A stretch of 64,000 nucleotides of DNA from Candidatus Pelagibacter sp. (GTDB lineage Bacteria > Pseudomonadota > Alphaproteobacteria > Pelagibacterales > Pelagibacteraceae): positions 1,031,199 through 1,095,198 of the forward strand of contig NZ_JBNGZR010000001.1 in assembly GCF_052046145.1 (NCBI RefSeq), read 5' to 3'. Made by a program: the position numbers and the translations under genes. Positions 1 to 12,215 of this stretch are shown here, piece by piece (position 1 is the first letter of the stretch; each line of letters begins with the position of its first letter). Below the pieces are notes generated by a model. The model ran no database searches. It saw only the letters and a program-made list of their open reading frames with translations, and had not been told where the DNA came from.

Positions 1-1
1 G

Positions 2-256
2 CCTGGTATTGAAATAAAAATATATACTGACTCTCAATATGTAAAAAATGGAATAACTGATTGGATTAATACTTGGTTAGCTAATAATTGGAAAACCTCA
101 AAAAAAGAAGATGTTAAAAATAAAGATTTATGGATTGATCTATATAATTTAAATAAATCTCTTAATATTCAATGGAATTGGGTTAAAGCTCATGATGGAA
201 ACCCTTTAAATGAAGAGGTGGACTTACTTGCTAAAAAAGCAGCAAATTTAGATTAA
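2..256 (+). CDS. rnhA: Ribonuclease HI, C-terminal part (5' truncated by window edge)
   Basis: Manual translation from position 2: PGIEIKIYTDSQYVKNGITDWINTWLANNWKTSKKEDVKNKDLW...WNWVKAHDGNPLNEEVDLLAKKAANLD*. TDSQYV, NxDLW and WVKAH..NE.VD are RNase HI motifs. Not in the ORF track. Confidence 0.95.
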   Translation, partial: PGIEIKIYTDSQYVKNGITDWINTWLANNWKTSKKEDVKNKDLWIDLYNLNKSLNIQWNWVKAHDGNPLNEEVDLLAKKAANLD

Positions 257-736
257 TTTTAAAAAATTTTGAGCTGCTGAAATTTCACAAGTGGCAGTAT
301 CTTCTTCTGCTTGTATTTTCTTTACAACATTGTTGTCAATTAACATTGTATATCTTGCTGATCTCATTCCCTGGCCTCTGTCGTGTCTATCTATTTCTGC
401 TCCAATTGATTTAGTAAATTCACAATATGGGTCTGCAGCCATGAATATTTTATCTTCAACTTTTTGACTATCACCCCATGCTTTCATCACATTTGGATCG
501 TTAACGGAGACACAAATAATTTTTGTAATCCCTTTGTTCTTTGCTTCCTCATAATTATTAACATACCCTGGCAGATGTTTTGCAGAACAAACTTTTGTAA
601 ATGCTCCAGGAACACCAATCACAATTGTTTTATGATTTTTAAATACTTCTGCTGTAGTTATTTTTTTTGCTGCTCCACTTGAGTCTAAATAATAAAATTC
701 TGAATTTGGAAGTTGTTCGCCTTCTTTAATCTTCAT
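248..736 (-). CDS. Peroxiredoxin, Prx5/redoxin family
   Basis: PGAFTKVC peroxidatic PxxxTxxC motif; CVSVNDPNVMKAW; RSARY. Confidence 0.92.
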   Translation of the reverse strand: MKIKEGEQLPNSEFYYLDSSGAAKKITTAEVFKNHKTIVIGVPGAFTKVCSAKHLPGYVNNYEEAKNKGITKIICVSVNDPNVMKAWGDSQKVEDKIFMAADPYCEFTKSIGAEIDRHDRGQGMRSARYTMLIDNNVVKKIQAEEDTATCEISAAQNFLKLI

Positions 737-2115
737 TTTGTTTTACCTATAATATAGTTTTTAATTTTTTCTAAATTATTTTCTAATATATCATAATCTT
801 CTCTTTCATTCAAAATAAACTCAAGTTCTTTTGGTAAATCAGATTTTAAATTAATAGCTTTGGAAACTGCATCAGGAAATTTACACGGATGTGCAGTTGC
901 TAGTACAATATTATTTCCTCTTAAGTTGTGTTTGTCGAATGCACCATATCCAATTGCTGTGTGTGGATCTAAAACTACGGAAAATTTTTCATACACCTTT
1001 TTAATAACCTCCAAAGTCTCATTTTCACTCAGACTAGCTGATAAAAAATTTTCTCTAATTTTATTTAATTTATCATCACCAATTAAATATTTTCCATTCT
1101 CTTTAATATTTTTCATATCTAATGTAGTCTGTTTATCACCCTCATTATTAAGATCGAATATAAGTCTCTCGAAATTACTAGCTATTTGAATATCCATACT
1201 AGGAGAAATAGTTTCCGAAACCTTTTCTGCTTCATAACTACCTTTTGATATTGCTCTATGTAAAATGTCGTTTTGATTAGTTGCAACAATCAGTTTATTT
1301 ATGGGCAAGCCCATTTTTTTGGCTAAATATCCAGCATAAACATCTCCAAAATTTCCTGTTGGTACTGAAAAATTTGTTGGTTCAGCTGTATTTTCAACCA
1401 ATGAATAACTATAAAAATAGTAAACACTTTGAGCAATAATCCTTGCCCAATTAATAGAGTTTACACCTGACATTTTGATATCATTTGAAAACTGCTTATC
1501 TGCAAACATTGATTTAACTAGGTTTTGGCAATCATCAAAATTTCCCTTTATAGCTATATTAAATACATTTTCATGTTTACCTGTTGTCATTAATTTTCTT
1601 TGAACTGGTGAAACACGATTGTCTGGATGAAGCACAAAAATATTAACATTTTTTTTACCTTTAATTGCATCAATTGCTGCAGCACCAGTATCTCCAGATG
1701 TTGCAACAACAATATTAATTTTTTGATTTTCATTGTTTAGGTAATATTCGTAAAAGTTACCTAAAAGTTGCATGGCAACATCTTTAAAAGCTAAAGTCGG
1801 ACCATGAAATAATTCTAATATTGTTTTGTCTCCAAGCTTTATGAAATCTACAACGTTATCTTTTCTAAATGTGGAGTAAGATTTATCAATAATTTTGCCC
1901 AATTCAGCTTCAGACATAAAATTACCAATAAATGGATAAACAATTTTTTTTGCTAACTCTGAATAACTAAGTGTTTTTAAATCTCTAATTTCATTTTCTC
2001 CATATTTCACTAATGTTTCTGGAATAAATAAACCTCCATCTTCGGCAAGACCTTTGATAAAAACGTCTTTAAATTCAAATGTTTTTGATGTGTCTCTTGT
2101 ACTTACGTATTTCAT
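733..2115 (-). CDS. thrC: Threonine synthase
   Basis: MKYVSTR start, ELFHGPTLAFKD PLP lysine, ATSGDTG, SVPTGNFGD. Confidence 0.97.
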   Translation of the reverse strand: MKYVSTRDTSKTFEFKDVFIKGLAEDGGLFIPETLVKYGENEIRDLKTLSYSELAKKIVYPFIGNFMSEAELGKIIDKSYSTFRKDNVVDFIKLGDKTILELFHGPTLAFKDVAMQLLGNFYEYYLNNENQKINIVVATSGDTGAAAIDAIKGKKNVNIFVLHPDNRVSPVQRKLMTTGKHENVFNIAIKGNFDDCQNLVKSMFADKQFSNDIKMSGVNSINWARIIAQSVYYFYSYSLVENTAEPTNFSVPTGNFGDVYAGYLAKKMGLPINKLIVATNQNDILHRAISKGSYEAEKVSETISPSMDIQIASNFERLIFDLNNEGDKQTTLDMKNIKENGKYLIGDDKLNKIRENFLSASLSENETLEVIKKVYEKFSVVLDPHTAIGYGAFDKHNLRGNNIVLATAHPCKFPDAVSKAINLKSDLPKELEFILNEREDYDILENNLEKIKNYIIGKTK

Positions 2116-2769
2116 TTAATAATTTTTTTTCCTAAAATATAAATATATTAAAAGGATTGAAATCGCCATAGTAAACCAGGTAATTGCATACTTCTTGTGA
2201 TTATTTGAAATTTTAGCAGTTATCACTCTTGGTTTTGGAATTTTATAATCACCGTTTAAATAGATTACATACTCTGAAAAATTTCTTCCAGTAAATTTTA
2301 AAATATCTTCTCTATCCAAAGTGAACCAATAATTTTTTTCAATATCATTTTCAGGCTTAAACGTACTTGCTTTATTTTGCAACATAAGAGTGCCAACTAT
2401 TTGATTTTGATCAACTAAATTTATTTCAGGTAGGTCTTTTTTTTCAAAAGGTATCCATCCCCTATTCACTAAGTAATTTTCATCACCAATTTTTATTGGA
2501 TTAATTACCTCAAATCCAGGTTTGCCTGTATCATTTAAATTGTATAAATACATTTGTTTATCAAGATCAATTTCTCCGCTTGTCTTTATTCTTAGATAAT
2601 TTTTTTTTTCAATGTTAGATAATTCCACAGGATCGTTTTTTAAAGAATTTTCTATTTGCTCAATTAAATCTAATTTCCAATTTAATCTATAGATTTGCCA
2701 AAACCCAAGAGAGAGCAGGGTCAAAATAATAAAATAAACAAAAACTGAAAATAGTAATTTATTTTTCAA
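2116..2769 (-). CDS. surf1: SURF1/Shy1 family cytochrome oxidase assembly protein (TTG start)
   Basis: LGFWQIYR..WK, LVNRGWIP, NNHKKYAITWF; lies in the cox operon. Confidence 0.93.
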   Translation of the reverse strand: MKNKLLFSVFVYFIILTLLSLGFWQIYRLNWKLDLIEQIENSLKNDPVELSNIEKKNYLRIKTSGEIDLDKQMYLYNLNDTGKPGFEVINPIKIGDENYLVNRGWIPFEKKDLPEINLVDQNQIVGTLMLQNKASTFKPENDIEKNYWFTLDREDILKFTGRNFSEYVIYLNGDYKIPKPRVITAKISNNHKKYAITWFTMAISILLIYLYFRKKNY

Positions 2770-2778
2770 GTATAAATA

Positions 2779-3567
2779 TTAACTTCCCCAAATATAAATT
2801 GCAGCAAATAAGAATAGCCACACTACGTCAACAAAATGCCAGTACCAAGCAGCCGCTTCAAATCCAAAATGGTGATCTTTAGTAAAATGACCAAGTTTTC
2901 CTCTCCACAAACATACTGCTAAAAATATCGTTCCAATTATGACGTGAAAACCATGAAAACCTGTTGCCATATAAAATACAGCTCCATAAATATGGCCTGA
3001 GTAAGTGAAAGTAGCGTGATGATATTCGTATGCTTGCAATAATGTAAAAAAGAAACCAAGAATAACAGTCAGAGTTAAACCTTGTATAAAGCCTTTTCTA
3101 TCATCTTCTAATAAAGCGTGATGAGCCCAAGTAACAGTTGTTCCTGATAATAATAAAACTAACGTATTTATTAAAGGAATGTCCCAAGGATCAAATGTTT
3201 CAATATCTTTTGGTGGCCATACATTTCCAACAAATTCATTTGGAAATAAACTTATGTCGAAGTAAGCCCAAAACCATGCAACAAAGAACATTACCTCTGA
3301 AGCAATAAATAAAGTCATTCCATATCTATGATGAATTTGAACGACTGGAGTATGATGACCTTGATGCTCAGCTTCAATAACTACATCTCTGAACCACATG
3401 TACGCACCATAAATTAATAACGCTAAACCAAGATACATTCCCCAGGAAATACCGTTATGCATATAAAAAATTGCACCTATTGCTAATACTAAGCATGCAA
3501 AAGATGTATAGATTGGCCAAGGGCTTGGATCAACTAAGTGGTAATCGTGTTTTTTCTCTGCTGACAT
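2779..3567 (-). CDS. ctaE: Cytochrome c oxidase subunit III
   Basis: HDYHLVDPSPWP, FIASEVMFF, TGFHGFHV, WYWHFVDVVWLFLF. Confidence 0.97.
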   Translation of the reverse strand: MSAEKKHDYHLVDPSPWPIYTSFACLVLAIGAIFYMHNGISWGMYLGLALLIYGAYMWFRDVVIEAEHQGHHTPVVQIHHRYGMTLFIASEVMFFVAWFWAYFDISLFPNEFVGNVWPPKDIETFDPWDIPLINTLVLLLSGTTVTWAHHALLEDDRKGFIQGLTLTVILGFFFTLLQAYEYHHATFTYSGHIYGAVFYMATGFHGFHVIIGTIFLAVCLWRGKLGHFTKDHHFGFEAAAWYWHFVDVVWLFLFAAIYIWGS

Positions 3568-3576
3568 TTTTCGTGA

Positions 3577-4110
3577 TTATGATTGTTTATAGTAATCTGT
3601 CGAGAAAAAAGTGTACGACATAGTTACATCTTGTAAATTTTTTGTTGTTGGGTCGTTCACAAGGTCAGGGTCTAAATAAAAAGTCATTACGTAAGTTGCT
3701 TTCTCTCCAGCCTTCAACTCTTGTTTTTCAAAGCAAAAACATCCTAATTTACTATAATATTTACCAAAACTTGCCGGTGAAACATTGAAACTTGCTACAC
3801 CATAAGTAGTTTCGTCTCCAATATTCTCAACTTCAAATTCTATTCTGTTGACCTGACCAACTTTCACATCAATCACGTTTGATTTTGCTTTAAAATTCCA
3901 TTCAAGATTGTTTACATTTGTATCAAACCTCACACTAACAACCTTATCTAATACTATTTTAGGAGCTTCTTTAGATACCTGGGTTGTTCCTCCAAAGCCT
4001 GTAACTCTGCAGAATAGGTCATACAAAGGTACTGCTGCAAAAGACAATCCCAACATAAGGACAAAAATCCCAGCTAAAAGTAAAGGAGTTAATGTTTTGC
4101 CTTTAATCAT
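3577..4110 (-). CDS. ctaG: Cytochrome c oxidase assembly protein CtaG/Cox11
   Basis: VPLYDLFCRVTGFGGT and KLGCFCFE copper-binding motif. Confidence 0.96.
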   Translation of the reverse strand: MIKGKTLTPLLLAGIFVLMLGLSFAAVPLYDLFCRVTGFGGTTQVSKEAPKIVLDKVVSVRFDTNVNNLEWNFKAKSNVIDVKVGQVNRIEFEVENIGDETTYGVASFNVSPASFGKYYSKLGCFCFEKQELKAGEKATYVMTFYLDPDLVNDPTTKNLQDVTMSYTFFSTDYYKQS

Positions 4111-4232
4111 ATCTGTCTATCAAATACTCCTACATTGTATAAAGTAAAAACAAATAAAAATACCATAAACGCTAAAATTGCTATTGCAGTTATAATATTT
4201 TTTTTCTTTGTTTTTTTGTCAGGTGTTATCAT
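4107..4232 (-). CDS. 41-aa single-TM protein between ctaB and ctaG (CoxF-like position)
   Basis: Manual translation MITPDKKTKKKNIITAIAILAFMVFLFVFTLYNVGVFDRQI*; ATGA overlaps with ctaB stop and ctaG start; not in the ORF track. Confidence 0.75.
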   Translation of the reverse strand: MITPDKKTKKKNIITAIAILAFMVFLFVFTLYNVGVFDRQI

Positions 4233-5140
4233 AAAATTTTATCAATTAAAAAAAGAACAAAAATTAAGAATAAATACAAAATTGAATATCCAAAAATAAA
4301 TTTTGCCTTTTTTGCATCAAATTTGTTTTTTTTAAATTTATAAAGGTCGAAACATAAATAATTATAATAAATTGTCAAAATTAAAGATGGGATTAAAAAA
4401 GTTATACCTACAAAGCCAATTGCATAAGGTAAAACAATTACTGGTAACATTGTTAAAGAATAGACAAATATATTTAATTTTGTACTCTCAACACCGTTTG
4501 TTAGTGGAAGCATTGGAATTTTCGCTTTTTTGTAATCATCTGATTTATACAAACTTAAAGCCCAAAAATGTGAAGGCGTCCAAAAGAATATAATCAAAAA
4601 GAATGTAATTGGCTCAAAAGTTAAAGAATTGGTAGCTATAGTCCAACCAATCACTGGGGGTAATGCTCCTGCAGCTCCTCCTATCACTATATTTTGTGGA
4701 GTTTTTCTTTTTAACCAAATTGTATAAACAAACACATAAAACAAAATAGTAAAAAGTAATAAACTAGCTGATATTCTGTTAGAATAATAATCAAGCGCAA
4801 TTACAGAAAATATTGAAAGGGAAATTCCAAAAACTAGAGCTTGATTTTTGTTTACCTTTCCCGTGGGTATTGGTCTAAGGCAAGTTCTTGTCATTAATGC
4901 ATCAAGATCAGACTCATACCACATGTTTAAAGCTCCAGCAGCACCTGCTCCAATTGAAACTAAAATTATTCCGATTATTGCATCCTTTGTTGGGATAATA
5001 TTTGGGGCCATTAACAAACCAACTGCACATGTAAAGATAACCAATGACATTACTCTTGGTTTCATTAATTTAAATAATTCAGATAAATTAAAGTCGTCTT
5101 CTTGAGATAAGTTTCTATTTTTTAATTTAGACTTAATCAT
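4229..5140 (-). CDS. ctaB: Protoheme IX farnesyltransferase (heme o synthase)
   Basis: LMKPRVMSL, NMWYESDLDALMTRTCLRPIPTG, QNIVIGGAAGALPP, FWTPSHFWAL. Confidence 0.96.
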   Translation of the reverse strand: MIKSKLKNRNLSQEDDFNLSELFKLMKPRVMSLVIFTCAVGLLMAPNIIPTKDAIIGIILVSIGAGAAGALNMWYESDLDALMTRTCLRPIPTGKVNKNQALVFGISLSIFSVIALDYYSNRISASLLLFTILFYVFVYTIWLKRKTPQNIVIGGAAGALPPVIGWTIATNSLTFEPITFFLIIFFWTPSHFWALSLYKSDDYKKAKIPMLPLTNGVESTKLNIFVYSLTMLPVIVLPYAIGFVGITFLIPSLILTIYYNYLCFDLYKFKKNKFDAKKAKFIFGYSILYLFLIFVLFLIDKIL

Positions 5141-5173
5141 TAATTTAAAGTTAAAAAATCTTGTTAGCTATAT

Positions 5174-7625
<2,452 letters not shown>

Positions 7626-7686
7626 TTTTTTACCCTATATAGAGTGTCTTTTAAAAAAATACACTTTTACTTTTAGCGACAAAATA

Positions 7687-8385
7687 TCAATTAATGGCGT
7701 AATTTATGATCGATAAAGCAGAAATTACAGCCGTTTCAGATCTCAAGATGTTTTCATTGATTTTAACAGACTGAACACCATTAAATTTGAGAATCTCTTC
7801 TCTCTCCCGCTCAGAAAAATCTCCTTCAGGCCCTATGATTACGCAAGTGGGTTTATTTGTTAACTTTGTAAGATCAATTTTTGTATTAGCAGTATTGAGG
7901 TCAGTAAAGATTAAATCCATATCATTGCTTAGAAAGCTTTTTAATTTTTGAGGATCCGCAATTGATGGAACTGTTATTCTATTTGACTGTTCAGCTGCTT
8001 CAATTATTACTTTTTCCAATCTCTCTTTATTGACCTTTCTAACAATCGTTCTTTCAAAGATAATTGGTAAAAACTTAGTTACACCTAGCTCTGTAGCTTT
8101 TTGGATCATAAAATTAAAGTAATTTGATTTGATTGGAGAAAAAGCCAGCCAGAGATCTTTGTTATTTTCTTTCTGTCTTAATTGTTTTGTAACATTAAAT
8201 TCAACTAAGTTTTGTGAGATATTTAAGATTTTCGCTTCCCATTCGCCAGTACTATTAAAGAGAGAGAAAACTTCTTTCTCTTTAAGTCTCATGACTTTTG
8301 AAACATAGTGTGATTGAGATTTATCAAGTTTGTTAGTCAAATTAAGATATAAACTTTTTGAATAAAATAATCTAATGTTACTCAT
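7687..8385 (-). CDS. rsmE: 16S rRNA m3U1498 methyltransferase
   Basis: HYVSKVMRL, KATELGV, EAAEQS, IIGPEGDFS, ILRSETA. Confidence 0.94.
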   Translation of the reverse strand: MSNIRLFYSKSLYLNLTNKLDKSQSHYVSKVMRLKEKEVFSLFNSTGEWEAKILNISQNLVEFNVTKQLRQKENNKDLWLAFSPIKSNYFNFMIQKATELGVTKFLPIIFERTIVRKVNKERLEKVIIEAAEQSNRITVPSIADPQKLKSFLSNDMDLIFTDLNTANTKIDLTKLTNKPTCVIIGPEGDFSEREREEILKFNGVQSVKINENILRSETAVISALSIINYAIN

Positions 8386-8401
8386 ATGGATAAGTTAGTT
8401 T

Positions 8402-9064
8402 ATGAAAAATATTAAAGCAATAATTTTTGATGCTTACGGTACCTTATTTGATGTGAATTCAGCTGCTGAAAAATGTAAAGATAAAATAGGTAATAAGTGG
8501 GAAGGTTTCGCCAATTATTGGAGAACCACACAATTAGAATATACTTGGCTGAGAAGTTTAATGAAACGTCATAAGAATTTTTGGCAAGTGACAGAAGAAA
8601 GTTTAGATAAATCTATGAAAACTTATGAGATAGATTCTTCTATGAGAAATGAGTTATTAGATCTTTATAAAGTTCTATCGACCTTTAAAGAAGTTCCTGA
8701 AGTTTTAAAATCATTAAAAGAAAAAAATTTTAAACTTGCTATTCTTTCAAATGGTACACCTGCCCTTCTTAATGAATTGGTTAAGAGCAACAATTTAGAA
8801 AATATATTTGATGATATTTTTTCAATTGAGGAAGTTGGAGTTTATAAACCAGACTCTAAAGTTTATGATATTCCGGTTAAGAAATATCAAATTCAAAGAA
8901 ATGAAATTACTTTTTTAAGTGCAAATACTTGGGATGTATCTGGTGGTGGAAATTATGGTTATAATTCTATTTGGGTTAATAGAAATAGTAATACTTTTGA
9001 CAATCTAGATTATTTACCAAAACATCAAATCGAAGACCTTAGTAAGTTACTTGATATAATATAA
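8402..9064 (+). CDS. Haloacid dehalogenase type II (L-2-haloacid dehalogenase family)
   Basis: FDAYGTLFDV, WRTTQLEYTW, ILSNG, YKPD, SANTWD. Confidence 0.9.
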   Translation: MKNIKAIIFDAYGTLFDVNSAAEKCKDKIGNKWEGFANYWRTTQLEYTWLRSLMKRHKNFWQVTEESLDKSMKTYEIDSSMRNELLDLYKVLSTFKEVPEVLKSLKEKNFKLAILSNGTPALLNELVKSNNLENIFDDIFSIEEVGVYKPDSKVYDIPVKKYQIQRNEITFLSANTWDVSGGGNYGYNSIWVNRNSNTFDNLDYLPKHQIEDLSKLLDII

Positions 9065-9084
9065 AAAATTCTTATGTACTAATT

Positions 9085-9921
9085 ATGAAAAATATTGAAG
9101 TAAGTAAAATTATTGATCCTATTCCAGCCTCTGACGGTGCTGGAGTAAAATTAAAAAGAAGCATTGGTGTTGAGCCAAATTATTTTGATCCTTTCTTAAT
9201 GCTTGATGAATTTGGATCAGAAAATAGTGAGGATTATATTGCGGGTTTCCCACCCCACCCTCATAGAGGAATTGAAACAGTGACTTATATGTTGGCTGGA
9301 GATTTTGAGCATAAAGATAGTACAGGTGGTGAAGGTAGAATGACTGCAGGAGATGTTCAATGGATGAAAACGGGAAGTGGGATCATTCATTCAGAAATGC
9401 CTGCTATGAAAGAAGGAAGACTTCATGGTTTTCAATTATGGATTAACATGCCTGCTAAATTAAAAATGAGTAAGCCTGAATATCTTTATATTGATGCTGA
9501 TAAAATGAGTGTTCATAAAGATGATGAGAAACAAGTAAAAGTTATTGCTGGTAAATTCGAGAATGCTGAAGGACCAGTAAAAGGTCATAACGTAGAACCA
9601 GTTTATTTTGATGTTGAACTCAACAAAAGTAAAGAATTTAATTTTAAATTACCATCTACCCACAATACTTTTGTTTATTTAATTAGTGGTGAAATTGAAA
9701 TTGGAAAAGATAAACACGATCAAGTTATAGATAGTACTTTAATATTATTAACTAAAGGTGAAAATTTAAGTATTAAAGCAAAATCAAATGCTAAGTTTTT
9801 AGTGATTTCGGGTAAACCAATAAATGAGGAAATAGCTAGAGGCGGACCGTTTGTGATGAATACCAAAGCAGAAATCTTGCAAGCAGTTCAAGATTATCAT
9901 AATGGTACGTTTGTAAAATAA
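9085..9921 (+). CDS. Pirin family protein
   Basis: DPFLMLDEF, HPHRGIETVTY, QWMKTGSGIIHSE, GPFVMNT. Confidence 0.95.
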   Translation: MKNIEVSKIIDPIPASDGAGVKLKRSIGVEPNYFDPFLMLDEFGSENSEDYIAGFPPHPHRGIETVTYMLAGDFEHKDSTGGEGRMTAGDVQWMKTGSGIIHSEMPAMKEGRLHGFQLWINMPAKLKMSKPEYLYIDADKMSVHKDDEKQVKVIAGKFENAEGPVKGHNVEPVYFDVELNKSKEFNFKLPSTHNTFVYLISGEIEIGKDKHDQVIDSTLILLTKGENLSIKAKSNAKFLVISGKPINEEIARGGPFVMNTKAEILQAVQDYHNGTFVK

Positions 9922-9924
9922 ATT

Positions 9925-10899
9925 ATGAAAGCTGTACAAATCAATAAAACTGGTGGACCTGAAGTTTTAGAAGTTAAAGATATATCTTTAGACAAACCGG
10001 GTCCTGATCAAGTAACCATTGAACAAAAAGCAATTGGTCTTAACTACATTGATACTTACCATAGATCAGGTTTATACCCTTTAAAACTGCCGATTGGTTT
10101 AGGTTTAGAAGGTGCTGGAATTATTACTGATGTTGGAGAGAACGTTAAAGATTTCAAAGTTGGTGACAAAATTTCTTATGCAGGTATTCCTTTAGGTTCA
10201 TATAGTTCTCACAGAAACTATCCAACTAAGAATTTGGTTAAAGTACCAGATGGTATTGATCTAGAAATAGCTGCAACATTAATGACAAAAGGTTTAACAA
10301 CTTTTTATCTTTTGCATAAAACTTATCCAATTAAATCAGGTGAAACAATTTTATTTCATGCAGCTGCTGGTGGTGTTGGTCAAATTTTTGGACAATGGGC
10401 AAAAAATTTAGGATGTACTGTTATAGGTACAGTTGGATCGGATGAAAAAGTAAATATAGCAAAAGAAAATGGTTATGATCATGTTATAAATTATAATAAA
10501 GAAAATTTTGCAAAAAAAATTTTAGAGATTACTGACGGTAAGGGTGTCCCAGTTGTTTATGATGGTGTGGGTAAAGATACACTAGATGGATCTATTGAAT
10601 GTTTAGCTATTAGAGGAATGATGGTTTCTTTTGGAAATGCATCTGGACCATTGTCAGATATCAATGTGCCAAAAGTTATTCAACCTAAAGGTCTTTATCT
10701 TGTAAGACCATCAATGCAACAATACCTTTCAACTAGAGAAGAATTAGATGAAGCTTCAAAAACAATGTTTGAAAAAATTAGCTCTGGAAAAGTAAAAATT
10801 AAAATTTTCAAAAAATATAAGCTAGAGGAAGTTATACAAGCTCACCAAGATCTTGAGGGAAGAAAAATTTTAGGCCCCGCTGTAATAGTTCCTAATTAA
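9925..10899 (+). CDS. qor: NADPH:quinone oxidoreductase (zeta-crystallin family)
   Basis: GLNYIDTYHRSGLYP, HAAAGGVG, YDGVGK, SFGNASG. Confidence 0.92.
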   Translation: MKAVQINKTGGPEVLEVKDISLDKPGPDQVTIEQKAIGLNYIDTYHRSGLYPLKLPIGLGLEGAGIITDVGENVKDFKVGDKISYAGIPLGSYSSHRNYPTKNLVKVPDGIDLEIAATLMTKGLTTFYLLHKTYPIKSGETILFHAAAGGVGQIFGQWAKNLGCTVIGTVGSDEKVNIAKENGYDHVINYNKENFAKKILEITDGKGVPVVYDGVGKDTLDGSIECLAIRGMMVSFGNASGPLSDINVPKVIQPKGLYLVRPSMQQYLSTREELDEASKTMFEKISSGKVKIKIFKKYKLEEVIQAHQDLEGRKILGPAVIVPN

Positions 10900-11305
10900 C
10901 ATCAACATCCATATCTGACATATGAAGTTTAAGAGCATTAGTTGAAATTTGAATTTCTCTAATAAAAAATAATATTGATATTATCATTGATAAACAACAA
11001 GATCCAAAAATTACCCTAGCGAGAAAAACTTCATCTAAATATAAAGCAAATACAGTCAACATATTAAAAAGAAATCCAAATGAAGCAAAAAGTATTGTCC
11101 ATCTTAAAAGAGTTATTCTTCCACTTAGATTGATAAACTGTTTTTTCCATTCTGGTGGAATATGCTTTTCATAAACATGCTCATCATGTAGCTGTCTGAT
11201 TAAAATACTTAAAGAATGAAATCTATTACTATAAACAGCCATCATTAAAGGAATTGCAGGAAACATTAATGCTGTGACTGTGTAATCTATATTCATACGA
11301 ATCAA
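10892..11305 (-). CDS. DUF2721-like membrane protein
   Basis: LMFPAIPLMMAVYSNRF...EIQISTNAL; recognition from memory, two hydrophobic C-terminal segments. Confidence 0.7.
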   Translation of the reverse strand: MIRMNIDYTVTALMFPAIPLMMAVYSNRFHSLSILIRQLHDEHVYEKHIPPEWKKQFINLSGRITLLRWTILFASFGFLFNMLTVFALYLDEVFLARVIFGSCCLSMIISILFFIREIQISTNALKLHMSDMDVDVN

Positions 11306-11345
11306 TTTGATTATGAATCTACCCTTTGTTATTTACAAGTAAATT

Positions 11346-12215
11346 ATGAACCAAATAAAGTTATTTATAGAACTTACAAGATTAAAAAAACCAATTGGTT
11401 TCATGCTTTTATTTTGGCCATGTGCCTGGGGATTAACTTTAGCTTATGACTTTAAAGATAGTTTAAATCTTTATTTTTTTTATTTATTTCTATTTTTTTT
11501 AGGATCTGTCTTAATGAGATCTGCTGGGTGTATTGTAAACGATATATTGGATAAAGAATTTGATACGAAAGTATTTCGTACAAAAAATCGCCCCATTGCT
11601 TCAGGAAAAATTTCTATAAAACTTGCAATTATTTATTCAGCAGGACTATGTTTTTTAGCCCTTTTAGTGTTATTAAATTTTAATCCTTTTACAATTATTT
11701 TAGCTTTAAGTTCAATGCCCCTTGCTTTTTCTTACCCTTTAATGAAAAGATATACTTATTGGCCTCAGTTGTTTTTAGGGGTAACATTTAACTATGGACT
11801 AATTCTTGGATGGACTTCAACAAAAGGGAGTATAGATTTCACCCCAATTCTATTCTATCTAGGAGCCATATTTTGGACACTCGGTTATGACACGGTGTAT
11901 GGATATCAAGATATCAAAGATGATGAAATTATAGGACTTAAGTCAACTTCTATAAAATTTAAAGAGGAACCGAAAAAGTTTTTATTCTTTTGTTACACTT
12001 CTTTAATAATTTTATTTTTGATCGGAGGATATTTTATGAAGTTTAATTATATTTATTTTTTATTGTTTGTAATTCCTTCTTTTCATCTACTTTTTTTTCA
12101 ATTGAAAATTTTTAATTTTAAAAATCCTTCAAGTTGCCTTAGGGCATTCAAGAGTAATAATTTTCTTGGTTTAATTATATTTTTAAATATTTTAGTTGCA
12201 AAGTATCTAATATGA
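11346..12215 (+). CDS. ubiA: 4-hydroxybenzoate polyprenyltransferase
   Basis: RLKKPIG, MRSAGCIVNDILDKEFD..RTKNRP, YPLMKR, YDTVYGYQDIKDD. Confidence 0.96.
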   Translation: MNQIKLFIELTRLKKPIGFMLLFWPCAWGLTLAYDFKDSLNLYFFYLFLFFLGSVLMRSAGCIVNDILDKEFDTKVFRTKNRPIASGKISIKLAIIYSAGLCFLALLVLLNFNPFTIILALSSMPLAFSYPLMKRYTYWPQLFLGVTFNYGLILGWTSTKGSIDFTPILFYLGAIFWTLGYDTVYGYQDIKDDEIIGLKSTSIKFKEEPKKFLFFCYTSLIILFLIGGYFMKFNYIYFLLFVIPSFHLLFFQLKIFNFKNPSSCLRAFKSNNFLGLIIFLNILVAKYLI

